A program made the position numbers and the translations under genes. Below, piece by piece: positions 38,448-52,098 of a DNA stretch of 64,000 nucleotides. The notes below the pieces were generated by a model. It had not been told where the DNA came from. It ran no database searches and saw only the letters and a list, made by a program, of their open reading frames with translations. Source of the DNA: Octopus sinensis (lineage: Eukaryota); NCBI RefSeq assembly GCF_006345805.1, contig NC_043003.1, positions 39,556,001 to 39,620,000 of the forward strand, read 5' to 3'. Each line of letters opens with the position of its first letter. Positions within the stretch are counted from its first letter, which is position 1.

Positions 38448-41400
38448 CATACATATATATATACATACATATAAATATATACATACACATATATATCATC
38501 ATCATCATCGTTTAGCGTCCGCTTTCCATGCTAGCATGGGTTGGATGGTTCAACTGGGGTCTAGGAAACCAGGAAGCTGCAAAAATCCAGTCTGATCTGG
38601 CAATGTTTCTACGGCTGGATGCCCTTCCTAACGGCAACCACTCCGTGAGTGTAGTGGGTGCTTTTTACGTGCCAGATGAGGCTGGCAAACGGCCATGATC
38701 GGATGGTGCTTTTTACGTGCCACCAGCACGGGGGCCAGGCGAGGCTGGCAATGGCCACGTTCAGATGGTGCTTTTTCGGTGCCACCAGCACGGGGGCCAG
38801 GCGAGGCTGGCAACGGCCACGATCGGATGGTGCTTTTCACGTGCCACCGGCACGAGGCCAGGCGGGGAGGCACTGGCAACGGCCACATTCGGATGGTTCT
38901 CTTAAGTACCACCGGCACTGGTATCACAGCTGCAATTTCCATTGATGTTGATTGATTTCGATTTTCACTTGCCTCAACAGGTCTTCACAAGTAGAGTTTT
39001 GTGTCCCAAGAAGGAAAGGTATGCATAAGTGGACTGGCTACATCCCATGTAGAGGCCACGGGTTACGGTTTCACTTGTCCTGCCGGGTCTTCTCACGCAC
39101 AGCATACTTCCAAAGGTCTCGGTCTCTAGTCATTTCCTCAGTGAGACCTAAAGTTCGAAGGTCGTGCTTCACCACCTCATCCCAGGTTTTCCTGGGTCTG
39201 CCTCTTCCACAGGTTCCCTCAACTGCTAGGGTGTGGCACTTTTTCACACAACTATCTTCATCCATTCTCGCCACATGACCATACCAGTGCAAATGTCTCT
39301 CTTGCACACCACAACTGATGCTTCTTAGGTCCAGCTTTTCTCTCAAGGTACTTACACTGTCAAGTATGAACACTGACATTACACATCCATCGGAGCATAC
39401 TGGCTTCATTTCTTGCGAGCTTACGCATATCCTCAGCAGTCACGGCCCATGTTTCACTGCCATGTAGCATGGCTGTTCGTACACACGCGTCATACAGTCT
39501 GCCTTTTACTCTGAGCGAGAGGCCTTTTGTCACCAGCAGAGGTAAGAGCTCTCTGAACTTTGCCCAAGCTATTCTTACTCTAGCAGTTACACTTTCAGCA
39601 CACCCGCCCCCGCTACTGACTTGGTCACCTAGGTAATGGAAGCTATCAACTATTTCTAGTTTTTCTCCCTGGAATGTGGCAGAAGTTGGTCTCAGAGCAT
39701 TTTCAGTGTTTATTGCTCCTGAGCATCTGCCACATACAAAAACTATCTTCCTAGTTAGCCTTCCTTTGACATTGCTGCACTTCTTATGTGTCCATAGCTT
39801 ACACTTGGTGCATCTTATAGAGTTTCTACCTACACTTTTTCTACAGATCGAGCAGAGCCATCTACCTGAAGGCATTTGTCATTTGTCTACCTTCCTACTT
39901 ATTAGGACTTTGGTTTTAGCTAGATTGACTCTAAGGCCCTTTGATTCTAATCCTTGCTTCCACATCTGAAACTTCTCCTCCAGTTCTGATAGTGACTCAG
40001 CAATTAGAGCAAGGTCATCAACATAGAGGAGCTCCCAGGGCATCCTGTCTTGAATTCCTCCATTATTGCCTGGAGGACTATGATAAATAGGAGGGGGCTG
40101 AGGACTGAGCCTTGGTGGACCCCTACCCGGAATTTCTTTACTGTACTAGTTGCCAACCCTCACCTTACTAGTGGCGTCCCTGTAAATGGCTCGCACAGCT
40201 CTCACTAACCATTCATCTATCCCTAGTTTCCTCATTGACCACCAGATAAGGGATCGAGGGACCCTGTCGAAGGCTTTCTCCATGTCAACAAAAGCCAGGT
40301 ACAGGGGCTTATCTTTGGCTAGGTATTTCTCCTGCAGCTGCCTTACCAGGAATATAGCATCAGTGGTACTTTTCCCTGGCAAGAACCCAAACTGCATCTC
40401 ATCTAAACTAACTCTCTCTCTAATTAGTTGGGTTATGACCCTCTTCGTAACTTCATTACCTGATCCAACAGCTTGATACCTCTGCAATTATTTGTATCTA
40501 GGGCGTCACCTTTACCTTTGTAGCAGTTGACTATTATGCTGCTACACCAGTCATTGGGTATGCCTCCTTCATGTATCACCTGATTAACCATACGTGTGAA
40601 TAGGCTATAGCCGACACTACCGGATATTTTGAGCATCTCTGCAGTGATTCCTGATGGGATGGGGCTTTCCCTGTCTTCATGCTTCTAATTGCCTTAACTA
40701 CCGAGGAACTGTCAACTCAGATAGCTGATCCCTCTGTTGGGTCGACATTAGGCAGACTCTCTTTATCTCACTCATTTTCTTTATTCAGCAACCTTTCATA
40801 GTGGTGTCTCCAAACCTCTCTCTTTGCATCCTCATTTAGCGCAAGTGAACCATCATCCATGCGAACACATTTCTTTCCTACCACATCACGATTCTCTCTC
40901 ACACACTGTCTTGCAACACGAAACACCTCAAGTCTTTGGTCCTCTCAAGTTTTTGGTCCTCAAAGTCTTTGGTCCTATATATATATATATATATATATAT
41001 ACTAGACTAGAATAGCCGTGACCCATTGGGTTAGGGTCAGAGTTTCCTAGCAACGGAGTTATGTTTTATGTTTTTTTTTTCCACCTTATTTCACATGCTT
41101 TCAATGAATGTGACATCGAAATCACACATAAACGGCTCCTTACCCCAGAAAAGAAAAGATTTGGCTGCTATTTCTTGCATACCCAGCTACCAAGTAACAG
41201 GTATTTCAAGTCCTTAACCACAAATACCTGTTATGTGGTAGCAGAGCGTGCTAGAAATAGCAGCCAACTCTATGGAGCTGAGATACGTTGAATGTACCCG
41301 AAAAATGTTTTGTAATGATATCCCCTTGGGGGCAATCTTTTGCTTTGATTCTCAGAACTGTCATCTGGATCAGGTGGTTTTGTTCGTTAATTTCCATAAA

Positions 41401-43442
41401 AAAAATTTATGTATTTTCTTTCAATTTAAAGTGAGAGAGAGGTAAAAGTGAAAGAGGTATGAATGTATATATGAAATGGACATGTGTGTGTGAGAGAGAG
41501 AGAGAGTACTACTTACACTTACATGAGAACACACATGTTCACTCACTCTCTCTCTCTCTCTCTCTTCTCTCCCTATCTTTCTCTCACACATACATACAAA
41601 AAAGATGAACACATATGTATTGATGTAAGTATACATGACAATACACCCCTTCACTCACTTTCTTTCTTCCTCTCCCTCTTTTCTTTCTCTCTCTTCCTCT
41701 CTCTCTCTTTCATTCACACACACACGTCCATTTAATATACATGTACATACATCTTTCTTTCACTTTAAAACAAAAATCAATAAATGAAAAATTTTTACAG
41801 AAATTTACGACTTGAAAATAATTTTAAAAAACAATAAACTATTGTGTGGTTAAAGAAAGCTAAATTATAAATACTTACTGTACAAACAACTTACATTTTT
41901 GAAATCACAATCAGTTAAAAATATTTCTAAATGATTAAAATACTGTGTACATCAAAAAGTTGACATTATTTTTTTTTCTGAGAGAGTGCAAAGACTATGT
42001 GTGTGTATACGTCACAGATAACAGATGTGTGTTTGTGTTGATTGACATGCCATGACATTCATAATATGTGTGTGTATTCTTATTCTGTATGTGTGTTGTT
42101 GTCACAGAAGCTGTATTTTTTTCCATCGAGTAATAACAAAAATTGTGTTTAATCATTTTCCTTAATAAATAGAGGTTAAATTTGTACTGCAAGTATGAAA
42201 ATAAATATGCAATAAAATTAAGATAAAATATATTATTTCTGAGATGTTTCAGGTACTCACAAACATCCCTAGATTTTTAGTATTATGAAGATATATATGT
42301 ATATATCTTAGAGCACTCCATTGGTTACAACGATAAGATCAACAGAATAGCTTGCTTGTGAAAATAACGTGCAAGTGGCTGAGCGCTTTACAGACACATG
42401 TACTCTTAACATAGTTCTCAGGGAGATTCAGTGTGACACAGAGAGTGACAGGGCTGGCCTTTTTGAAATACAGGTACCACTCATTTTTGCCAGCTGAGTG
42501 GACTGGAGCAACATGCAATAAAGTGTCTTGCTCAAGGATACAATGCATCACCAGGAATTGAACTCACAACCTTATGATTGCGAGCCAAATGTTCTAACCA
42601 CTAAGTCGTGTGTGTGTGTGTGTCTTTGTGTCTGTGTTTGTCTTCTCATTACCACTTGACAACTAGTGTTTGTGTCTACCTCCCCGTAACTTAGTGGTTC
42701 AGCAAAATAGACCAATAGATTAAGTACAAGGCTTAAAAAATAAGTTCTGGGGTCGATTTCTTCAACTAAAACTCTTTAAGGTAATGCTCCAGCACAACTG
42801 AAGTTAAATGACAGAAACAAGTAAAAAAAAATAAAAGAGTAACAGAGAGTGTGTGTGTGTCTTGAAACTAACCTTTTTGTTGTCGTCAAGGACTGTATTC
42901 ATGTTCTCAATCCAGATGGCATCCACAGGACCATCAAAAATAATCCACTTGCGGTCATCGGTCGCTTCATTAGCAAATGACCTGAATACTGTTGCCAAAA
43001 CCCCTGGGAGAGAGGACAAACAAAAAGAGAAATATGGTAATCACTGGGATTAGAAATAAGCTGTCAGTCACTTGTTTACACTATTGGGTCAAGGAATATT
43101 TAGAGAATTTATGGAATATACGGAAAAAATGGACAGGAAAATAATTATGACGATGATGACGGTGACGATAACAGTGGCAACGATGACAGCAACAACAACA
43201 TCGATGATGGAGAATATATAGAATATAGTCAAAGACAACTAGTTTATCAAGCCAGGCTGAAGCATAAACTAGATCACACAGGCTATATAAGGACAATTAT
43301 TACAAAACAACCTAATTTATAATGTAAACCAAAGTCAATGTATAAAGGGTCAATATACATTGTAGCAACTTAAGATTTTTGAAAATTATGAGGTGTTAGC
43401 AAAGTTTGTGTACAGAGATGTGTTGGAAGAACTTATTTACAT

Positions 43443-43484
<42 letters not shown>

Positions 43485-45737
43485 CCTTCAAGCATAAACA
43501 GAGATAGAAATTGTCCAAATGAATGTATACAGTTCTTGAGAAGATCAGTGCTTGATATAAATCTTGCACTGTTTCAGAGAGAAAATCTTACAATTTTGTC
43601 CTTATCACAAGAACCCATCCAGACAAACACATCAAAAAAAAAAAAATTTGCTAGCTCAGCATGTAGAGGCAAAATGAAGGGGAAATGGGTCATAAGCTTC
43701 TTTTTCATTGGTTGGAGTATCAAAAGTTTTCCTGAGGTGCATTGATTTGATTAATCAGAACCCATGTTAATCACAACTCTAGCCCAGCTCCAACAATAAA
43801 TGCATGTTAGAACTGTATATTTTACAAAATATTTTAAAATTAAAAAGTGAATATTTTAAAATTAAAAAGAACCAGAGTCAAGCTAAACATTGCTACAGGC
43901 AAGACCCAACCTCCAGCCCATATATTTAAACCCAATTTATAAGGGGTAACTGTGCTTTGCAGAATTCCTTTCTAATTTAAAATATTTATACTTCTATAGA
44001 CATGAATTGAGTGCCTCTATCATTGTGAACAGTACTCAGCATTCCAACAAAACAGCGTGGCTCTTTAAGACATTAAACAAAAGTTTCAGATGTTATATCA
44101 ACTAAAGAATAACCAAAGTATTCATCAACTGCCACAATACTAATTTCAAAATGCTGATCGTTTTAGGCGTAGGAGGGGCTGTGTGGTAAGTAGCTTGCTT
44201 ACCAACCACATGGTTCCAGGTTCAGTCCCACTGCGTGGCACCTTGGGCAAGTGTCTTCTACTATAGCCTTGGGCCGACCAAAGCCTTGTGGGTGGATTTG
44301 GTGGACAGAAATTGAAAGAAGCCTATCGTATATATATATATATATGTTTGTGTGTCTGTGTTTGTCCCCACCCTCCAACATCGTTTGACAACCGATGCTG
44401 GTGTGTTTACATCTTCGTAACTTAGCGGTTCGGCAAAAGAGACTGATAGAATAAGTACTAGGCTTACAAAGACTAAGTCCTGGGGTCAATTTGCTCAACT
44501 AAAGGCGGTGCTCCAGCATGGCCACAGCCAAATGACTGAAATAAGTAAGAGAGTAATAGAGTTTAGATTACACAAAATCCAATGAGATACGTTCCATAAT
44601 CTGAGAAGCTTTTATGAGGTAGTATTCAATCAGGTATGCTGGTATTTTGAAAATACCTCATGGACTGGCAATCATGCCTTGTATAGTTACAGACTGCCCT
44701 TGGAAAGTTATAGCACCTGTTCAGCCACCTGCCAGAGATACAGCAAATTCATGGAACTGCAGCATGGCAGATTGTAAAGAGGCAACAGAAGAGCTCAACT
44801 GAGCTAACAATACGTCTTACATTGATGATGAAGAGAGGAATCCTAGAAGATCAACAGTTAGGATCACCAAGCTTTATCAAGAGAGGAACTGCAATGCATC
44901 CATAGGGATGGCATCCATGGTTGTGTAGTCAGATAATGAAAGATTCACTAAGACTCAAACTCTCAATTCAAATTTATAATAATGGAATTGGATGGCAACA
45001 GAAAGTTATGGGAATCTGCAAAAGCTGAGCAGCAGGAGAGAGAGAGAGAGAGCTTCAATCAGACTATAAAATTTAAGTTTTTGTGGCAGTTGATGAATAC
45101 TTTGGTTATTCTTTGGTTGATATAACATCTGAAACTTTTGTTTAATGTTTTAAAGAGCCACGCTCTTTAGTTGGAATGCTGAGTACTGTTCACAATGATA
45201 GAGGCACTCAATTCATGTCTATAGAAGTATAAACATTTTTAAATTAGAAAGGAATTCGGCAAAGCACAGTTACCCCTTATAAATTGGGTTTAAATATATG
45301 GGCTGGAGGTTGGGTCTTGCCTGTAGCAATGTTTAGTTTGACTCTGGTTCTTTTTAATTTTAAAATATTCACTTTTTAATTTTAAAATATTTTGTAAAAT
45401 ATACAGTTCTAGCATGCATTTATTGTTGGAGCTGGGCTAGAGTTGTGATTAACATGGGTTCTGATTAATCAAATCAATGCACCTCAGGTAAACTTTTGAT
45501 ACTCCAGCCAATGAAAAAGAAGCTTATGACACATTTCCCCTTCATTTTGTCTCTACATGCTGAGCTAGCAATTTTTTTTTGTTTTTTGATGTGTTTGTCT
45601 GGATGGGTTCTTGTGATAAGGACAAAATTGTAAGATTTTCTCTCTGAAACAGTGCAAGCTTTATATCAAGCACTGATCTTCTCAAGAACTGTTTACATTC
45701 ATTTGGACAATTTCTATCTCTGTTATGCTTGAAGGTC

Positions 45738-45784
<47 letters not shown>

Positions 45785-48048
45785 TATATATATGCCATGT
45801 AAATAAGTTCTTCCAACACATCTCTGTACACAAACTTTGCTAACATCTCATAATTTTCTAAAATCTTAAGTTGCTACAATGTATATTGACTCTTTATACA
45901 TTGACTTTGGTTTACATTATAAATTGTTTTTCTTTGTAATAATTGTCCTTATAGGAAAACAAGATTTTCTTGGATCTGGGTATGACAAGAATCTAATCCC
46001 ACTTGGATGACAGAATTCATTGTGAATATGTCAAAGAAATCTAGCTGAACATTCCAACACAAGACATCAGTGTGCAAATTCTCTTTTCGACAGTCGTAGA
46101 AAATGTCAAAGCTATATGAATCAAGCTGAACCCTACAATGTAATATCTTGTCATCTTTATTTTGTATTTTTAAGATTTATCAAATATATTTCAGTTAATC
46201 TCGAATGAGAGTAAAGTGTCAGTTAATGTTGCTATTGACATTAGTACTTAGCAGTTGTGACAAATTTATTCTCAATAAAAGGATACAATTTACTTTTGGA
46301 AAGGGTGCAAGAGGGGAAAAACTTACTGGACGCCCACCTTGTGATAACGTAGCTAGACCAACGACTTAATGAGTCAGTAACAAACTCGTCTATCACAATG
46401 CATTACAGAACACAATGCTTTAGCATTGTGTTCTGTAAGTGAGAGAACTCATAACTTGAGGAAAAAATAGAATCACAATCAAGACCATGTTTAACCCTTT
46501 AGCATTCAAATTACTCTATCAAATCTAATACTTGTTTATTCACAGTGTTTTGAATTAATCATGCATTATCTCATAACTTCAAGATTTCAATGATGTGGCT
46601 GAAAATTTTTGGAATGATATTGTAGAGTAGGTGTGAGAAGCCAGATCTAGCTGATTTGAACAAAGAACAGGTGGAATATTTGGGCTGGATATAACCAGTT
46701 TAAATACTAAAGGTTTAATTTCCTTTCAATCTCAATTATCACAGATCTTCTACCATAAATACTACATATTTTATTAGCATACATTGTCTTCTCTCACCAC
46801 AGGTCTTCTATTTTCATGGTAACTCCCTCCAATCACTACAGTTCTCTAAACTTACTATTCATTGAGACACCCTTCGGTCATGACTGACCATGGGATTGCA
46901 CCTAGAAAGTTACCCTCCCAGGCACAAGTCCGGGCAAGGTTGTTTATGAAAGACCAGCAGTTGCCCATGCATACTGGCCTCCCCTCTCCATGCCACCAGT
47001 GTTATCCAAGGGAAAGGCAAAGACCGATACAGCTGGGTACCTGTGATGTCACAACTCATTTCTACAGCTGAGTGAACCGGAGCAAAGTGAAATAAAGTGT
47101 CTTGCTGAAGAACACAACACGCAGCCCGGTCCAGGATTCGAACTCACAACCTCACGATTGTAAGCTCGACGCTCTAACGACTGAGCCATGCGCTTTCACA
47201 AAACTTACTATTACATAATTCATTTCCATAATACTCTCCAGCCACAAGTCTTTTACATACACTGTCACATGTTTTAATACCAGAGTGTAATACACACGAT
47301 ATGGCTAATATTTTATACAGTCATTGAAGAAAAAAGGCACTAAATGCAAGAAAGGTATTTGCAAGTGTTCATTCACAAAAAGAATTGACCTTACCGTCTG
47401 TCCACTCATGGGACACAGGATCAAAGCAACCATATAATTGTCCCATTGTGATAGACTTGGGGTTAATTATGGTATATTTCACTTTGTTTTCTTCAAACAG
47501 TTTACCCTGGCAGAGATCTGTCAAAGCATCTGCAAGAACTTGGTAAGCCATGGTTTTCCCGCCCAAAGGTTCTCCAACAATCATCAAGCCATGGCGTACA
47601 AGAATCATTTCATATACCTGCAACACAGAAGATGTAAATTTATATATACACACATTGTCATCATCATCATCGTTTAACGTCTGTCTTCTATGCTGGCATG
47701 AGATACACAAACACACACATATAACCTGCACTTGGTCGGTTATGAAGACAAGGGTTCCAGTTGATCCAATCAATGGAACAGCCTGCTCATGAAATTAATA
47801 TGCAAGTGGCTGAGTACTACACAAACACATGTATCCTTAATGTAGTTCTCAGGGAGATTCAGCATGACACAGAGTGTGACAAGGCTGGCCCTTTTGAAAT
47901 ACAGGTACTACTCATTTTTTGACAGCTGAGTGGACTGAAGCAACGTGAAATAAAGTGTCTTGCTCAAGGACACAACACATTGCTGGGAATTGAACTCACG
48001 ACCTTATGATCAGGAATCAAATACTCTAACCACTAAGCCACATGCCTT

Positions 48049-48091
<43 letters not shown>

Positions 48092-50557
48092 GCACTGGGT
48101 GAGAGCTAGATATTCTCAGTATAGAAAGCATGTAGTATTGCTCAATGAATTTGAACTTAAACTCCAAATACTTCATCCAGGATTAGGTCCACTGCATCAA
48201 GTACAACTATAAGAGAAATCCAAGAAAAGCTGATATGGAGGTAGTGATGCAGATATACACAATTAGGCTGATTGCTTATCAGCAACACCAACTGTGTGAG
48301 AGTGTGTGCATGTGAGAAAGAGAGAGAGAGAGAGAGAGCATGTGAAGGTCATTCAGCAAGACATTGTGAAACCCTCATCTATCACCTATAACAGGAGAGT
48401 CCACCACATGTATATTTTATTATATATTTATTTTATTTTATTTTATCTAGTTTCAACTCATGAGCTGTGGCCATGCTGGGGCACTGCCATGTATGTATAC
48501 ACATTGTAAAACTTAGGTTGCAAAAATGTAGCTTTTTTCCCCATTGAACTCAAAATTAAAATTAGGAATGCATTTAATACATAGTATTAGGCTGGGAACA
48601 TTATGTTTCAATCACCGCTATCCTTACCATCATCATTTCTCCACGTTTTTTTTTCATGCTTCCATGGGTAGGGCGAATCTTCTCAAAACAGTGTTTCATC
48701 ATGCATCGTGTGTCTGTGTAATTTCCTTCATGAGGCTCAGTCATCTGAGACCAGTCTTCACCATATTATATCACCCTTGATCTCCCTCATCCAGAAGTTT
48801 CATTTATTTTAGCATTCAGCACTTTATTACATAATTGACATCCTTCATATACATCATATTTCCATACCAGCACAGTTCTGCCTTTTTCACATGACATTTC
48901 ATCCCTCTCATCCAGCCTCTCCCTCAGCTCATCTACACTCCATCAATCATGCATACTAACATTATACATCCAGTGAAGCATGCTTGCCTCATCTCTTTCC
49001 AGTCCTTGTTTGCAAATCCTTCACACTTCTAAGCCCTGTAAAAGAGCTTGGACGGTTGGGTTTCTAATCAAGCCTTTTGCAATATCCTTAAAGCCAGGAA
49101 CTTTTCAGCACCACCTTGTGTGTGTATATATATATGTGTGTGTGTGTGTGTATAAGTAATCCATTCTCACCCACCTACCTGAATAATTTTATCCAAGAAC
49201 CATGGAACACATTGTAACTTTCTCTTCACTATGTTTGCCTCCAGAGCATCCATAAATACGCCATAGTCTGGTTGAGGCAGACTAACGCCTGGGAAAAGGT
49301 CAGCAATAATACCTTCAAATAAGGGGACATCCTGTCAAGAGAAAACATAGATATAGTCATTAAAAACTGTTCAAGACATTACTGGATGGAAGAGAATGAA
49401 TATCAAATATAGACAAAGGCTGAGAATCTAAAACATTAGAATAAAAGCAATCTGAAATGGAACCAAAGTAGGAATTATCCATTATTATTGATGCCACTTA
49501 GTGTGTGGTCTACCTGGCCATTTACACTTTAGTGTGCAGTCTAACCCTAACACTAATCCTAACACTAAATTCTAGCCCTATACACTAATCCTAAAATAAC
49601 CCCTAAACCCCTAACCCAAACCACAAACACTAACATTAGCTCTAATATTAAACCTTAACCCTATATCCTGACCCTAACCATAAACCTAACAACTAAACCC
49701 CTAACCCTAACCCACTAAACCCCTAATACTAACCCTAAACAATAACCCTGTATATATTAGTAAGTGAGGCAGTATTAATATCAAGAAGTAATATTTATTC
49801 CCATTTAAATATGGATGTTCTATCAGAACAAACTAACAGAAACTAATAGAAACTGCATGAAGATCATTATACATAATAATGAAATTTTTATATATAAAAG
49901 AGAGGTTGTGTGCTGTCTGTCTCCTACGATTTAGATTCCTTACTCTCACATTTTGCGGTGCAGTTTAACCAAAACCGGGTATCTTATAGTCGTGATTCAT
50001 ATTGAGCCCTTCTGGGTATTAGCACGCGTCTACGATGAGTCTACGATTTTAAAAAAAATTTACCATCAATTTTTCCCATTTTTTAATGCATTTTTGGCAT
50101 ATATAAGGGAAGTAACTCTCTAAAAATTTATTATTAAATCTCAGAACGTAAAAAGCTACAGTAACACCCCCCCCCCCTTTGTGGTTAGCCATATTGAGAT
50201 GGCTATTATACACTTTACATCTCTAAATATACTTATATAGTTATTTCCCTTACAAACCCGAGCAATGCCGGGCGATACTGCTAGTATAATAATAATGAAA
50301 TTATTGTATACAGTGCTCAGTTGCACCACAACTTGTCAAAAGTGCGTATAAAGTATATGCAGTAATGTACAAATATCTGGAAAGCGAACAGTGTATGAGT
50401 GAGATACATGCTTGCGTGTGTATGGAGGGGAGAAAATCAGGTGTAGTGTTGGCGAATCTCAGGAAGCATGGAAGTTTTGAAGGATGCAGTGCTCCAACAA
50501 CTAACAACTAATGCCGGCAGTCTGTTCCATGCTTTAGCAACTCTTAGCGTGTGTGTG

Positions 50558-50602
<45 letters not shown>

Positions 50603-51162
50603 TGTGTGTGTCTTTATGTTGGTATTCATTCTGCATACACCACATGGCAACTGGTGTTGGTTTACTTATATCACTGTCACTTAGCAGTTTGGCAAAAGAG
50701 ACCAATTGACTAAGTACCAAACTTAAAACAAAAACAAAAAAATAAGTATTGGGGCTACTCTGTTCAACTAAATCCTTTGAGGCAGTGCCCCAACATGGAC
50801 ACAGTAAATCAAGTAAAAGAAAGAAAATATAAAAAAAAAAAAACAAATAAAGACATATACTTCACAGAGGCAATGGTGAATGACTGAGTCCTTGGGATTA
50901 TGTTGTGCTTGAGAAGAAAACCCATCAAGCCAAGTAAAATCACAGTCAAGGCAGATACTGGTGTCACACACATGGCACCCATGCTGTTGGTACATAAAAG
51001 CACCCATTTACATTCTTGGAGTGGTTGCCATTAGCAAGGGCATCCAGACATAGGAACCATGCCAAATCAGACTGGAGTCTGGTACAGCCTTCTGGCTTGC
51101 CAGCCCTGGTCAAACTGTCCAACCCATACCAGCATGGACAACAGATGATGATGATTATGATG

Positions 51163-51194
<32 letters not shown>

Positions 51195-51726
51195 GACGAC
51201 GATGATTTCATAGAAAAGACAGAGATCAATGTAAAGCTTGAATGAAAAAGAAAATAATTTTACCTGTGATAAGAATTTTGGAAGGTTAACATCATTGATG
51301 GCTTTCAATAGAAGTACTGATTCGTCTAGAGCACCGTGTTTTAACTTGAGATTACCTGCTGCTGTTAATACAGACTTTACAGCTCTCATACCATAATCAT
51401 AATGATGCTGAGAGGATAACTGCTCTGAACAAAGTTTGTAAGTAGCCACAATCTTCCCGGATAAACTGGAAATGACATAGTGGAGTAGATGTTGTGATTA
51501 CTTAATTACTGGTATAGTTGTTGCTGTCAAAATAATAAACTTTCACCAACACCATTATCTCAACTACCACCACCCCTATCATAAACGCAATCACCAGAGC
51601 TGCAGCCACCACAACTATAACAACCATAAAATAAGTTCCAGTCACCTCTAACATAGCTACATGCCAACAGAACTATCTAGTAACAATTACCAATACAAGT
51701 AGCACAGACATATATAAATGTGTGTG

Positions 51727-51780
<54 letters not shown>

Positions 51781-52061
51781 CACCACACACACACACACAC
51801 AAACATATATATATATATATATATATGTACAAAAAGGAGGCGAGCTGGCAGAATCGTTAGCACACCGGGCGAAATGCTTTGCGGTATTTCGTCTGCCGCT
51901 ACGTTCTGAGTTCAAATTCCGCCGAGGTCGACTTTGCCTTTCATCCTTTCGGGGTCGATTAAATAAGTACCAGTTACGCACTGGGGTCGATGTAATCGAC
52001 TTAATCCCTTTGTCTGTCCTTGTTTGTCCCCTCTGTGTTTAGCCCCTTGTGGGCAATAAAG

Positions 52062-52098
<37 letters not shown>

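Noticed and set aside
38657-38900. Repeat-spacer-like array (CRISPR-like)
   Set aside because: The spacers are homologous to each other, it lies in a LINE 3'UTR, and the context is eukaryotic
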